Shown: positions 43,246-53,290, counted from the first letter of the stretch. The stretch: 64,000 nucleotides of DNA from an uncultured delta proteobacterium (GCA_963727485.1 CAVSGM010000002.1:1568001-1632000), one strand, 5' to 3'. A program made the numbers and translations. The notes: generated by a model from the sequence alone, not told the origin.

Positions 43246-44331
43246 ATGCCCTCTTCGCGCCTGCCGGTCCGCGACCGGCTGCTCACCCTCTGGATCTTCC
43301 TCGCCATGGGCGTCGGCATCGCCCTGGGCCACCTGGCCCCGGCGGTGCCCCGCGCCATCGAGCGCCTCCAGGTCGGCACCACCTCGCTGCCCATCGCCGT
43401 GGGCCTGGTGCTGATGATGTTCCCGCCCCTGGCCAAGGTCCGCTACGGGGCGCTGGGCCGGGTGTTCCGCGACGTCAAGGTCCTCACCCTGTCGCTGGTC
43501 CAGAACTGGATCGTGGGGCCGTGGCTGATGTTCGGGCTGGCCATCCTCTTCCTCCGCGACAAGCCCCAGTACATGGTCGGCCTCATCCTCATCGGCCTGG
43601 CGCGGTGCATCGCCATGGTCGTGGTCTGGAACGACCTCGCCAAGGGCGATCGGGACTACGCCGCGGGCCTGGTGGCCTTCAACGCCGTGTTCCAGGTGCT
43701 CTTCTTCTCGGTCTACGCGTACTTCTTCGCCAAGGTGCTGCCCGGGTGGCTGGGGCTCGCCACCGCCGAGGTCCACGTGACCATGGGCGAGATCGCGAAG
43801 AGCGTGGCCATCTACCTGGGCATCCCCTTCGCCGCGGGCCTTCTGGCGAGCACGGTGCTCCGCCGCCTCAAGGGCGACGACTGGTACCAGACCCGCTTCG
43901 TGCCGCGGGTCTCGCCTGTCACCCTCTGGGCGCTCCTGTTCACCATCGTGGTGATGTTCGCCCTCAAGGGCGACGCCCTCCTCGCCCTGCCCCTCGACGT
44001 GCTGCGGGTGGCGGCGCCGCTCACCCTCTACTTCGTGGTGATGTTCTTCGTCTCGTTCTGGATGAGCCACCGGCTGCGCGCCGGCTACGCCCGGTCGGCG
44101 ACCCTCTCGTTCACCGCGGCGTCGAACAACTTCGAGCTGGCGCTGGCGGTGGCCATCGGCACCTTCGGCATCCACAGCGGCGTCGCCTTCGCCGCGATCA
44201 TCGGGCCGTTGGTGGAGGTGCCGGTGCTCATCAGCCTGGTCAACGTCTCGCTGTGGATCGGCCGGCGCTACTTCCCGGACACCAAGGTGGACTACGTGGC
44301 GCCGCCCTGCGCCGACGAGGTGCGCCCGTGA
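43246..44331 (+). CDS. acr3: ACR3-family arsenite efflux transporter
   Basis: [39 protein letters not shown] (conserved Cys), [17 protein letters not shown]. Confidence 0.96.
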   Translation: MPSSRLPVRDRLLTLWIFLAMGVGIALGHLAPAVPRAIERLQVGTTSLPIAVGLVLMMFPPLAKVRYGALGRVFRDVKVLTLSLVQNWIVGPWLMFGLAILFLRDKPQYMVGLILIGLARCIAMVVVWNDLAKGDRDYAAGLVAFNAVFQVLFFSVYAYFFAKVLPGWLGLATAEVHVTMGEIAKSVAIYLGIPFAAGLLASTVLRRLKGDDWYQTRFVPRVSPVTLWALLFTIVVMFALKGDALLALPLDVLRVAAPLTLYFVVMFFVSFWMSHRLRAGYARSATLSFTAASNNFELALAVAIGTFGIHSGVAFAAIIGPLVEVPVLISLVNVSLWIGRRYFPDTKVDYVAPPCADEVRP

Positions 44332-44743
44332 CCGGGCGCCGCCCCGGGATCCTCTTCCTCTGCGTCGCCAACTCGGCCCGCAGCCAGATGGCCGAGGGCC
44401 TCGCCCGGGCCCGCTTCGGCCAGAAGGTCCGGGCGATGAGCGCCGGCTCCAAGCCCGCCCGGGTGCGCCCGGAGGCGGTGCAGGTGATGATGGAGCTGGG
44501 CCTCGACATCTCGACCCAGCGGCCCAAGTCCGTGGACGCCATCGACCCCAAGGACGTGGACGTGGTGATCACCCTGTGCGCCGAGGAGGTGTGCCCCACC
44601 TGGCTCGCGCGACGGCGCGGCGGATCCACTGGCCCATCGACGATCCCGCCGGGGACACCGAGGCGCCGGTGGCCGAGCGCCTCGAGCGGTTCCGCGCCGC
44701 CCGGGACGCCATCGCCCAGCGGCTGGCGGAGCTCGCCCTCTAG
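44328..44743 (+). CDS. arsC: Arsenate reductase ArsC (LMW-PTP fold); -1 frameshift near 44607
   Basis: GTGA overlap with acr3; [41 protein letters not shown]...FRAARDAI in the next frame to TAG 44741-44743. Confidence 0.88.
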
Positions 44744-44746
44744 CCC

Positions 44747-45775
44747 TCAGTGCCCGTGCCCGGCGCCCCCGGCCTGCGCCCCGCACACGCTGCCGCCGAT
44801 CTGGTGGAGCTCGTCCGCCGCCCGGTGGTCCACCTGGAGGGTGGTGTGGTCGATGCCGAAGCGCTCGTGGAGCATCTGGGCGACGGCCTGGCGCACCGCG
44901 TGGCAGTCGGCCTCGGGGGAGACCAGCACGTGGGCGGTGAGCGCCGGGAAGCCGCTGGTGATCTCCCACACGTGGAGGTCGTGGACCTCGGCGACCCCCG
45001 GGACCGCGACGCTGGCGGTCCCGATGGCCTCCACCTCGAGGCCCGCCGGCGCCGCCTCCAGGAGCACCCGCCCCGACTCGCGCAGGAGGCCGAGGCCCGA
45101 GCGGAACATCAGCCCCGCCACCACCAGGGAGACGATGGGGTCGGCGGCGTTGAACCCGGTGAGGAGGATGATCCCGGCGGCGAGGGCGGTGCCGATGAAG
45201 GCGTAGAGGTCGGTGAGGATGTGCTGGAAGCTCCCCTCGACGTTGAGCGACTGCCGCGAGGCCTTGGCCAGCTGCCAGGTGGCGAGGAGGTTGACCCCGA
45301 CGCCCACCAGGGCCACCACCAGCATCGGCCAGGCGTGGACCGATGGCGGGTGGAGCAACCGGTCGACGGCCTCCCACACCACCAGGAGCGCGATGGCGAA
45401 GAGGGTGGCGCCGTTGAGCTGGGCGGAGAGGATCTCGGCGCGCTTGAAGCCGAAGGTCAGCCGGCCCTTTGGGGGGCGCGCGGCGAGGCGCAGGGCGACC
45501 AGCGAGAGCCCGATGGCCGCGGCGTCGGTGAGCATGTGCCCGGCGTCGGCGAGCAGCGCCAGGGAGTGGCTGAGGATCCCGGCGACCACCTCGCCGGCCA
45601 TGTAGGCGAGGATGAGCGCGAGCGCGATGGCCAGGCGCTTGCGGTCGGTGTTGGCGTCGATGGGCGGGTGGGCGTGCCCATGGTCGTGGTCGTGACCCGC
45701 GTGGTCGTGGGCGTGACCGGCGGGGCCGGGGTCGTCGCCGGGGCCGCGGGGGGGTGCGTGGGTCGCCGAGGGCAT
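44747..45775 (-). CDS. Cation diffusion facilitator (CzcD/ZitB-like Zn/Co/Cd exporter)
   Basis: His-rich N-terminus, [54 protein letters not shown]. Confidence 0.93.
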   Translation of the reverse strand: MPSATHAPPRGPGDDPGPAGHAHDHAGHDHDHGHAHPPIDANTDRKRLAIALALILAYMAGEVVAGILSHSLALLADAGHMLTDAAAIGLSLVALRLAARPPKGRLTFGFKRAEILSAQLNGATLFAIALLVVWEAVDRLLHPPSVHAWPMLVVALVGVGVNLLATWQLAKASRQSLNVEGSFQHILTDLYAFIGTALAAGIILLTGFNAADPIVSLVVAGLMFRSGLGLLRESGRVLLEAAPAGLEVEAIGTASVAVPGVAEVHDLHVWEITSGFPALTAHVLVSPEADCHAVRQAVAQMLHERFGIDHTTLQVDHRAADELHQIGGSVCGAQAGGAGHGH

Positions 45776-45792
45776 CGGGGGTTCCGGCTGGA

Positions 45793-46128
45793 TCAGGCGG
45801 TGTGGGCCACGTGCTCGAGGGCGAAGTCGAAGAGGCGTCGCACGTGGCTGTCGTCGAGGGCGTAGTAGACGTGGCGCCCGTCCTTGCGGAAGCGCACCAG
45901 GCGCAGGTGCCGCAGGGTGCGCAGCTGGTGGGAGACCGCGGACTGCTGCATCTCCAGGTGCTCGGTGAGCTCGTGGACGCAGCGCTCGCCGTCGAGGAGC
46001 GCGGCGATGAGCCGCAGCCGCGTGGGGTCGGCCAGCGCCTTGAACACCGCCGCCAGCTCCCCGGCGGTCTTCGGGTCGAGGCCGGCGTCGTCCCCGGCGC
46101 CGTGGGTGCGTCTGCGTGCCACCGCCAT
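45793..46128 (-). CDS. ArsR/SmtB-family metalloregulator (alpha5 Zn-type)
   Basis: FKALADPTRLRL, ERCVHEL, QSAVSHQLRTLR, alpha5 site DSH-x10-HVAH. Confidence 0.93.
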   Translation of the reverse strand: MAVARRRTHGAGDDAGLDPKTAGELAAVFKALADPTRLRLIAALLDGERCVHELTEHLEMQQSAVSHQLRTLRHLRLVRFRKDGRHVYYALDDSHVRRLFDFALEHVAHTA

Positions 46129-46136
46129 GGCCCAGG

Positions 46137-46159
46137 ATCATATGAACATGCGCTCATGA
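46137..46159. promoter_or_regulatory. SmtB/CzrA-type operator overlapping the -10 box of the smtB-CDF operon
   Basis: ATATGAACA-TG-CGCTCATGA imperfect inverted repeat resembling the SmtB/CzrA ATGAAC-N4-GTTCAT core; minus-strand TATGAT hexamer 8 nt upstream of the regulator ATG. Confidence 0.65.
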
Positions 46160-46280
46160 GTCAAGCCCCGCCCGCGCGGTCGCGGCGCGAGGTGGTGGGT
46201 CCGTCCCGGCGCCGCCGCCGGGGCCGTGACCGGCCCGTCCCCCTGTGCTCTACTCGCCCGCCCCCGCCGGAGGATCGACC

Positions 46281-46967
46281 ATGACCAAGCCCGCCGCCGT
46301 CCTCGCCGCCTGCGCCCTCGCCCTCGCCGGCTGCACCCACGCGGTGCCCCGGAAGGCCAGCGCCAAGGGCATCCCGGTGCCCACCACGCCCCCGGCCGCG
46401 GCGCTCCTCCACCCGGCCCAGGCGACGGCCACCGCCCCGGCCACCTACCGGGTCCGCTTCGAGACCAGCCGCGGGCCCTTCGTGGTCAAGGTCACCCGGG
46501 CCTGGGCCCCGCGGGGCGCCGACCGCCTCTACCAGCTGGTGAAGCTGGGCTTCTTCACCGACGTGGTCTTCTTCCGGGTCCTCGACGGGTTCATGGCCCA
46601 GTTCGGCTTCTCGCCCTACCCCTCGGTGAACCGGGCCTGGGACCAGGCCCAGCTCCAGGACGATCCGGTGACCCAGTCGAACACCCGGGGCCGGGTCACC
46701 TTCGCCACCGCCGGCCCCGACACCCGCACCACCCAGCTCTTCGTGAACACCGCCGACAACGCCCGCCTCGACAAGCGCGGCTTCGCCCCGGTGGGCCAGG
46801 TGGTCACCGGGATGAAGGTCGTCGACTCCCTCTACTCGGGCTACGGCGAGGGGGCGCCCCAGGGCAACGGCCCGGCCCAGCCCCTCATCGAGGCCCAGGG
46901 CAACAGCTACCTCGCCCGGCGCTTCCCCAAGCTCGACTGGATCGAGAAGGCGACGATCGTCCCCTAG
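46281..46967 (+). CDS. Cyclophilin-type peptidyl-prolyl isomerase lipoprotein
   Basis: GGAGGA RBS; lipobox LAG-C; FETSRG, WAPRGADR, FFRVLDGFMAQFG, SNTRG, RTTQLFVN, GFAPVGQV. Confidence 0.92.
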   Translation: MTKPAAVLAACALALAGCTHAVPRKASAKGIPVPTTPPAAALLHPAQATATAPATYRVRFETSRGPFVVKVTRAWAPRGADRLYQLVKLGFFTDVVFFRVLDGFMAQFGFSPYPSVNRAWDQAQLQDDPVTQSNTRGRVTFATAGPDTRTTQLFVNTADNARLDKRGFAPVGQVVTGMKVVDSLYSGYGEGAPQGNGPAQPLIEAQGNSYLARRFPKLDWIEKATIVP

Positions 46968-46985
46968 GTCGGCGCGGGGAGGGTG

Positions 46986-47459
46986 TCAGCGCCCCTCGGG
47001 GAGGGTGTCGAGGTCGTCGAGGAGCATCTGGCGCTCCTCGGGATCGGCGAGGCTCCGGGCGACGCGCTCGGCCTCCCGGCGCTGGGCCGCGGCACCCTCG
47101 GCGTTGCCCGCGACCGCCTCGGCCCGGGCCAGGGCCTCGTGGGCGGCGCCGGCGTAGTAGGGCGGCACCCCGTCAGCGCCGGCGGCGTCGAGGGCGAGGG
47201 CGCCGTAGCGCAGGGCCTCGGGCGCCCGGCCGAGGAGGGCGTAGACCCGCGAGGCCTGCCAGTGGGCGACGGACGCCTGCTGGGGGCCGTAGTCGGGGCG
47301 GCGGGTCCAGTGGAAGTGGGACGCCAGGGCGAGGCGGACCATCTCCTCGTCCTCGGCGAGGGTCCGGTCGGTCTTGTCGATGAGCGCCCAGCACCGGTTG
47401 AAGCAGTCGGCGGAGAGGAACCGGTGGGCGGCGGTGAGGTCGAGGGCGTTCTTGGGCAT
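46986..47459 (-). CDS. Helical (TPR-like) hypothetical protein (157 aa)
   Basis: GGAGG RBS; HRFLSADCFNRCWALIDK...ASHFHW...WQASRVYA...AHEALARA; GC3 bias. Confidence 0.78.
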   Translation of the reverse strand: MPKNALDLTAAHRFLSADCFNRCWALIDKTDRTLAEDEEMVRLALASHFHWTRRPDYGPQQASVAHWQASRVYALLGRAPEALRYGALALDAAGADGVPPYYAGAAHEALARAEAVAGNAEGAAAQRREAERVARSLADPEERQMLLDDLDTLPEGR

Positions 47460-47493
47460 GGCGTGGGCCTCCGGAGGGGGGCGGGCGGCGAGG

Positions 47494-48663
47494 TCAGTGC
47501 CCCTGGAGCCGGGCCCGGGCGCGGGCGGCGGCCTGGGCGGGATTGCACTTGAGCCCGAGGATCCCCCCGAGGCCCGAGGCCTTCTGGGCCTTGGCGTCGG
47601 CGAGGTCGTCGAGGAGGCTCTCGCCGGCCGGGTCGCCGATCTCGCCCACCGCCCGGGCCACCTGGACCTTGGTGCCGCAGCTCCCGTGCTCGGCGAGGTC
47701 CCGGAGGGCGTCGAGGGCGTCGCCGGCCCGGCCTGGATTGCGCGCGGCGGCATCGACGTAGTCGGCCACCGCGTCGCCGTCGCGGCCCCGGGCGGCCATG
47801 AGCCGGCCCATCTCCAGGCTCCGCTCGGCGCCGTCGGGCAGGGCGCCGATGACCTTGGCCGCCTGGTCGAGCTTCCCGTCCTCGATGAGGCGGACGCCCT
47901 GGGGGGCCCGGAGGTGGAAGAAGAGGGCGGCGACCCCGGAGACCAGCGCCGCGCCCACCAGGATGGGCCCCAGGCGCCGAAGGTCGGGGAGCGATCGGCG
48001 CTTGGGGAGGAGCTCGGTGAACCGGGCGGTGCCCGAGGGGGCGTCGAGGTCGGCGAGGCTCGCAGGCGGCAGGGCGACCCGGCCGAGCGCCAGGCCCCCG
48101 AAGGGGAGGTCGCCCACCTCGGCGTCCGGCGCCTCCGCCCGCACCCGGTAGGGCGCATGCGGCACCCGGTAGAGGTTCACCGCCTCGGCGACGCCCTTGA
48201 GGGTCACCGGCCCCAGCGCCTCCACCGGCACCTCGGCCCGGTTCATCACCAGGTACACCGCCTCCGAGAAGGTCACCTCCCCGGCGTCGGCGACCCCCTC
48301 GATGCGCGAGGCCACGTTCACCGGCTCGCCGAAGACGTCGTGGCGCTCCACCCGCACCTCGCCGAGGTGGACCACCACCCGCACCCGCAGCCGGTCGGCC
48401 TCGGGGGCCGAGGCGTTGAAGGCGTGGAGGCGATCCTGGATGGCGGTGCCGCAGAGCACCGCCTGGGTCGGCGCGGTGAAGGTCACCAGGTAGGCGTCGC
48501 CGATGCTCTTGCGCACCACGCCGCCAAAGGCCCGGAACACCGGCACCAGCAGCCGCTCGTGGAGGTGGAGCAGGCGCTCGTTCTCCGCGTGGGTCTGGTG
48601 GCTGGTGCGCTCGGTGAAGCCCTGGATGTCGGTGAAGACGATGGCGAGGTTTTCGGTGCGCAC
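47494..48663 (-). CDS. Class III adenylate/guanylate cyclase with TM helix and C-terminal helical-repeat domain
   Basis: VFTDIQGFT, KSIGDAY, HLGEV, DVFGEPVNVASRIE (metal Asps, Lys and Asn/Arg intact); TM ILVGAALVSGVAALFF; start GTG 48663. Confidence 0.88.
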   Translation of the reverse strand: MRTENLAIVFTDIQGFTERTSHQTHAENERLLHLHERLLVPVFRAFGGVVRKSIGDAYLVTFTAPTQAVLCGTAIQDRLHAFNASAPEADRLRVRVVVHLGEVRVERHDVFGEPVNVASRIEGVADAGEVTFSEAVYLVMNRAEVPVEALGPVTLKGVAEAVNLYRVPHAPYRVRAEAPDAEVGDLPFGGLALGRVALPPASLADLDAPSGTARFTELLPKRRSLPDLRRLGPILVGAALVSGVAALFFHLRAPQGVRLIEDGKLDQAAKVIGALPDGAERSLEMGRLMAARGRDGDAVADYVDAAARNPGRAGDALDALRDLAEHGSCGTKVQVARAVGEIGDPAGESLLDDLADAKAQKASGLGGILGLKCNPAQAAARARARLQGH

Positions 48664-48732
48664 GGCGCGGCGGAGTCTACCACCGCGTCCACTGGCGTTG
48701 CGTGGCCCCGGGGCCCTTGCTACACAGCGGCC

Positions 48733-49710
48733 ATGAAGGTCCTGGTCACCGGCGCCACCGGCTTCCTCGGTTCCCACGTCGTCGAGATCCTCCGCGAGGC
48801 GGGCCACGACGCCCGGGCGCTGGTCCGCCGCACCAGCGACACCCGGCACCTCGACGCGCTGGGGGTGGAGAAGGTCGTCGCCTCCCTGGAGACCGGCGCC
48901 GGTCTCGACGAGGCGGTCGCCGGCGCCGACGCGGTGGTCCACTCCGCGGGCCTGGTCAAGGCCCGCAGCCCCGCCGAGTTCCACGAGGTCAACGCCACCG
49001 GCACCAAGAACCTGGTCGACGCGGCCCGGCGCGCCGGGGGGATGAAGCGCTTCGTCTACATCTCCAGCCTCGAGGCCCACGGCCCCAGCCCCGACGGCAA
49101 GCCCCGCCCCGCCGACGCCGAGGCGCGGCCGGTGACCCACTACGGCAAGAGCAAGCTCGCCGGCGAGGACGCGGTCCGCGCCGCCGCGGACGCGCTCCCG
49201 GTGACCATCCTCCGGCCCACGGGCATCTACGGCCCCCGCGACCGGGAGATGCTGGCGTTCTTCAAGAGCGTCAAGCGCGGGCTGGCGCCGATGGTGGGCA
49301 CCGCCGAGAGCCGGGTGACCCTGGTCTACGGCCCCGACGCCGCCCAGGCGGTCTACCGGGCGCTCACCGAGGACCACGAGAGCGGGCGCACCTACTTCGT
49401 CGAGGACGGGCGGGTCTACAGCCTCGCGGACATGGGGCAGATGGCCATGGACGCCCTCGGGTCCCGGGCGCTCGCGGTGCCCCTGCCGAAGGCGGTGCTG
49501 AAGGCGGCGGCGGTGGCCACCGAGCTCTACGGCCGGGCCACCGGCCAGGCGGTGATGCTCACCCGCGACAAGCTCAACATGCTCACCGCGCCCTACCTGG
49601 TGTGCTCCGCCGAGGACCTCCGCGACGAGCTCGGCTGGCAGCCCGAGGTCGACTTCGCCGAGGGGGCGCGGCGCACCGTGGCGTGGTACCGCGGCCACGG
49701 CTGGCTCTAG
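48733..49710 (+). CDS. NAD-dependent epimerase/dehydratase (extended SDR)
   Basis: MKVLVTGATGFLG, VVHSAG, YISS, YGKSK, ILRPTGIYGP. Confidence 0.93.
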   Translation: MKVLVTGATGFLGSHVVEILREAGHDARALVRRTSDTRHLDALGVEKVVASLETGAGLDEAVAGADAVVHSAGLVKARSPAEFHEVNATGTKNLVDAARRAGGMKRFVYISSLEAHGPSPDGKPRPADAEARPVTHYGKSKLAGEDAVRAAADALPVTILRPTGIYGPRDREMLAFFKSVKRGLAPMVGTAESRVTLVYGPDAAQAVYRALTEDHESGRTYFVEDGRVYSLADMGQMAMDALGSRALAVPLPKAVLKAAAVATELYGRATGQAVMLTRDKLNMLTAPYLVCSAEDLRDELGWQPEVDFAEGARRTVAWYRGHGWL

Positions 49711-49747
49711 CCCGCGCGCCGCGCGCGGCGACAGCGAGGATCCATAG

Positions 49748-50834
49748 ATGAGCGAGCGCGTCACCTTCGAAGGCGCGGACGGCACCGAGCGCGTCGCCCG
49801 CATCGACCGGCCCCCGAGCCAGCCCGCCGCCTGGGCGATCTTCGCCCACTGCCTCGCCGGCGGCGCCGACCTCGAGGCCGCGGCCTGGGTGAGCGAGGCC
49901 CTCAAGGAGCGCGGCATCGCGGTGCTCCGCTTCGACTACACCGGCGCCGGCGAGAGCGCCGCCGAGGCCACCGATGCCTGCCGCCCCGGCGATCTCCTCG
50001 CCGCCGCCGGGTGGCTCCGGACCAACGAGACCGCGCCGCGGCTCCTGGTCGGTCACGGCAACGGCGGGGCGGCGGTCCTCGCCCGGGCCGCCGAGCTCCC
50101 GGAGGTCGAGGCGGTGGCCACCCTCGGGGCGCCGGCCACCGAGGACGGCGCTCGCCGGCGCCGCGAAGCTCGGCCGCCGGGCCCTGGTGCTGATGCACGC
50201 GCCCCTCGACGAGGTGGTCGCCGTCGACGACGCCCGGAGGCTCTACGAGGCGGCGCGCCACCCCAAGAGCTTCGTCTCCCTCGACGGCGCCGACCACCGC
50301 CTCACCGGCGAGGGCGACGCCCGCTACGCCGCCGAGCTCATCGCCACCTGGGCCGCCCGCTACCTCTCGGTCCCCTTGGGCGAGCCCTTGCCCGAGCCCG
50401 GCCGCGGCGAGGTCATCGTCGAGGGCGGCGAGGCCGGCTACGCCAACCGGGTGCGCACCCCCGACCACCAGCTCCTCTCCGACGAGCCGAGGCACGTCGC
50501 CGGGGGCACCGGCACCGGCCCCAACCCCTACGACCTCCTGCTCGCGGGCCTGGGGAGCTGCACCTCCATGACCCTCAAGATGTACGCCGACCGCAAGGGC
50601 TGGCCCCTGGAGCGGGTGCGGGTGCGCCTCTCGCACCAGAAGATCCACGCCGCCGACTGCGCCGACTGCGAGACCGAGAACGGCAAGATCGACGAGATCC
50701 AGCGGGAGATCACCGTGTGGGGCGACCTCGACGAGGCCCAGCGGGCGCGGCTCCTGGAGATCGCCGACCGGTGCCCGGTGCACCGGACCCTCTCGGGCGA
50801 GATCAAGATCCGGTCGAGGCTCGCCGCGCCCTGA
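49748..50834 (+). CDS. Alpha/beta-hydrolase-like-OsmC fusion protein; +1 frameshift near 50143
   Basis: AIFAHC, VLRFDYTG, MHAPLDEVV, HPKSFVSLDGADH; OsmC part DEP..GG..GPNPYDLL..LGSCTSMT...IADRCPVHRTL. Confidence 0.87.
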
Positions 50835-50922
50835 TCCCGGGCCCCGATCGGGCCCGCGGCGGACCCTGGGGCGCGCAGGATTTCCCGTGACGCCACAGCG
50901 ATATTCTCGCTATGGTGCCACC

Positions 50923-51684
50923 ATGCGTCCCTTGTCCTCGATTGGACCCCGGAGCCCCGTGGCCCCTGCCGGGTGGCTGGTGTCCCTGGCCCTGGCGGCC
51001 CTCCTCGGCCTCGCCGGATGCTCCTCCACGGCGGCGGCCGGTGACCACGACGGCGGAGGCGCGGGTGACGCGGGGCAGGTGACCGGCACCGACGGCGGCA
51101 CCAGCGACGGCGGCGTGACCGATGGCGGCAGCCCCGACGGCGGCGCCAGCGACGGCGGTCTGGCCTGCAACCCGGGCGATCCGCCGGCGGCCTGCGGGGT
51201 CACGGGGAGCACCTGCACCCAGAGCTGCCTCGCCGACGGCACCCTCGGCCCCTGCCAGCCGGCGAGCGGGCCCATCGACACAAAGACCGATGCCGACAAC
51301 TGCGGCCAGTGTGGCAACGCCTGCCCCCAGATGATCCACGCGCCGCCGGCCTGCCACGCCGGCGTCTGCGGCCGCGGGCCCTGCATCCCCGGCTGGTACG
51401 ACCTCAACGGCACCGGCTGTGTGTGGCAGTGCGATGGCCAGTCCTGCACCTCCACCACCGGCCAGCGGGTGCCGGTGAACACCAACCCCCTCCCCGAGTC
51501 GGGCCTGGTCTTCGAGGGCGCGGTCAGCAGCAGCAGCTGGGGCGCGGCCGTGGAGACCAGCGCCAACTACACCAACATCGGCGCCCTGGGCGAGCCCACC
51601 CCTCCCGGGGCCGGCAGCTCCACCCGGCAGACCAGCGCCAGCTACGTCAACATCGGAGGCCTCGATGCGATCGATCCCCCCTAG
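50923..51684 (+). CDS. Cys-rich lipoprotein with DGG low-complexity linker
   Basis: Lipobox LAG-C; TDGG/SDGG repeats; D-x-x-N-CGQCGNAC motif; TATGGT box 6 nt upstream of ATG. Confidence 0.82.
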   Translation: MRPLSSIGPRSPVAPAGWLVSLALAALLGLAGCSSTAAAGDHDGGGAGDAGQVTGTDGGTSDGGVTDGGSPDGGASDGGLACNPGDPPAACGVTGSTCTQSCLADGTLGPCQPASGPIDTKTDADNCGQCGNACPQMIHAPPACHAGVCGRGPCIPGWYDLNGTGCVWQCDGQSCTSTTGQRVPVNTNPLPESGLVFEGAVSSSSWGAAVETSANYTNIGALGEPTPPGAGSSTRQTSASYVNIGGLDAIDPP

Positions 51685-52861
51685 CGCGGCGGTCCGCCGC
51701 CTCGTCCCCACCCTCGTGGCCCTCGCCCTGGCCGGGATGCCCGCCTTTGCAAAGGCCCAGGTCCCCTCCGAGCTCGGCTACCAGGGGCGGCTGCTGAAGG
51801 CCGACGGGACGCCGGTGACCGGGGTCCAGCAGCTCACCTTCAGCCTCTACGACGCCACCACCGGGGGCACTGCCCTGTGGACCGAGACCGACGGGGTCCC
51901 GCTCACCCGGGGCTTCTACTCGGTGCTGCTGGGCAAGACCACGGCCTTCCCGGCCGGGCTCTTCGACGGGCGGGTGCTCTACCTCGAGGTGGCGGTGGGC
52001 AGCGAGACGCTCACCCCGCGCCAGGAGGTGGGCTCGGTCGCCTACGCGATGATGGCGAACACCGCCCGCAACGTCGCCGGGGGCAGCGTCGACGCCTCGT
52101 CGATCTCGGTGAACGGGAGCACGGTCATCGACGGCAGCGGCAAGCTCGCCGGGAGCGCGGCGCTGACCGCGGGCCCGGGGATCGACATCTCCGGGGGCCA
52201 GGTGGGCCTGGTCGGGACCTGCGCGGCGGGGCAGGTGCTCAAGTGGGACGGCACCACCTGGGGCTGCGCCGCCGACGACAACAACCTCGGGGGGCTCTCG
52301 TGCGCCAGCGGCCAGGTGGCCAAGTACGACGGCGCCAACTGGATCTGCGCCACCGACCAGGTCAACACCTACACCGCCGGGGACGGGCTGGCGCTGACCG
52401 GGACCACCTTCTCGCTCCTGCCCGGGTGCGCCGCCGGGCAGGTGGCCAAGTACGACGGCACCGCCTGGGCCTGCGGGGCGGACACCAACACCACGTACAC
52501 CGCCGGGGACGGGCTGGCGCTGACCGGGACCACCTTCTCGCTGCTCCCCGGCTGCGCCGCCGGGCAGGTGCCCAAGTGGAACGGCACCAAGTGGGCCTGC
52601 GCCGCCGACGCCAACACCACCTACGCCGCGGGCACCGACCTCACGATCTCGGGGACCACGTTCAACGTGACCGCCGGCAGGCTGATCTACCTGCAGGACG
52701 TGGCCTGCACCAACCCAGGGGTCCTCACCACCACGGCGACCTGCCTCACGCTTCGCTGCGGCACCACGACCCCGGTGAGATACCGCCCCTGTGGCGGCGG
52801 CACTTGCGCCTACACCCACCCGACCTGCAACAACAAGGCCCTCGGTCACCTGCTCCCCTAG
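51665..52861 (+). CDS. Secreted fibre/adhesin-like repeat protein (YQGRL N-domain plus CxxGQVxKxDGxxWxC repeats)
   Basis: Signal peptide; YQGRLLKADGTPVTG...FSLYDATTGGTALWTE...YLEVAV..ETLTPRQ..SVAYA; four Cys-bracketed repeats; Cys-rich tip. Confidence 0.82.
   Translation: MRSIPPSAAVRRLVPTLVALALAGMPAFAKAQVPSELGYQGRLLKADGTPVTGVQQLTFSLYDATTGGTALWTETDGVPLTRGFYSVLLGKTTAFPAGLFDGRVLYLEVAVGSETLTPRQEVGSVAYAMMANTARNVAGGSVDASSISVNGSTVIDGSGKLAGSAALTAGPGIDISGGQVGLVGTCAAGQVLKWDGTTWGCAADDNNLGGLSCASGQVAKYDGANWICATDQVNTYTAGDGLALTGTTFSLLPGCAAGQVAKYDGTAWACGADTNTTYTAGDGLALTGTTFSLLPGCAAGQVPKWNGTKWACAADANTTYAAGTDLTISGTTFNVTAGRLIYLQDVACTNPGVLTTTATCLTLRCGTTTPVRYRPCGGGTCAYTHPTCNNKALGHLLP
52370..52621 (+). repeat. 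Intragenic 126-bp (42-aa) tandem repeat x2
   Basis: Units start at 52370 and 52496 (TACACCGCCGGGGACGGGCTGGCGCTGACCGGGACCACCTTCTCGCT...), encoding YTAGDGLALTGTTFSLLPGCAAGQV.K..GT.WAC.AD.NTT. Confidence 0.9.
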
Positions 52862-52878
52862 GCCAGGCGGCCTGCAGC

Positions 52879-53181
52879 TCAGTTCGGCCAGCGGGCGGCC
52901 TCGCGGGCGCCCCGGCCGATGTCGCGCCGGTCCCGCAGGGGGTCGCGCCCTGCCCTCGGCCAGGAGCCGAAGCGGCGCTCCGCCTCGCCGAGGTCCCGGA
53001 GCACCTGGGTCTTGCTCTCGTAGACCGGCAGCGGCAGGCAGGCGAGGACGTTGATCACCTCCGGGGGGGCGTCGCCCTCCTCGGCGGCGAGGACGAGCTC
53101 GCTGCGGGCTACGGGGTACTCCACGCCATCGAGGTGGGGCCCGATGGCGAGGCCTGGTCTCTCGTGGATTCCGAACGCCAT
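52879..53181 (-). CDS. DUF2795-like small protein
   Basis: GGAGG RBS; LDGVEYPVARSELVLAAEEGDAPPEVINVLACLP...YES pattern. Confidence 0.75.
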   Translation of the reverse strand: MAFGIHERPGLAIGPHLDGVEYPVARSELVLAAEEGDAPPEVINVLACLPLPVYESKTQVLRDLGEAERRFGSWPRAGRDPLRDRRDIGRGAREAARWPN

Positions 53182-53260
53182 GGATGGCCTCCGTGGTCTG
53201 GCCCTCGGGGAAAGGGTGGGGAGTCCGGCGCCGGGCCGCAAGGGCGGCGGGTGCCCCGGC

Positions 53261-53290
53261 TTGACACTCGTTCACGCGCCGGGCTATCGG
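53261..53290 (+). promoter_or_regulatory. Candidate sigma70-type promoter of the 53316-64000 operon
   Basis: Perfect TTGACA at 53261-53266, weak -10 TATCGG 18 nt later, GGAGGT RBS before ATG 53316. Confidence 0.4.

Noticed and set aside
52200..52660. Repeats as a CRISPR array
   Set aside because: The units are in-frame codon-degenerate protein repeats with no unique spacers and no cas genes nearby. The same applies to the DxDxDG repeats at 63549-63760.
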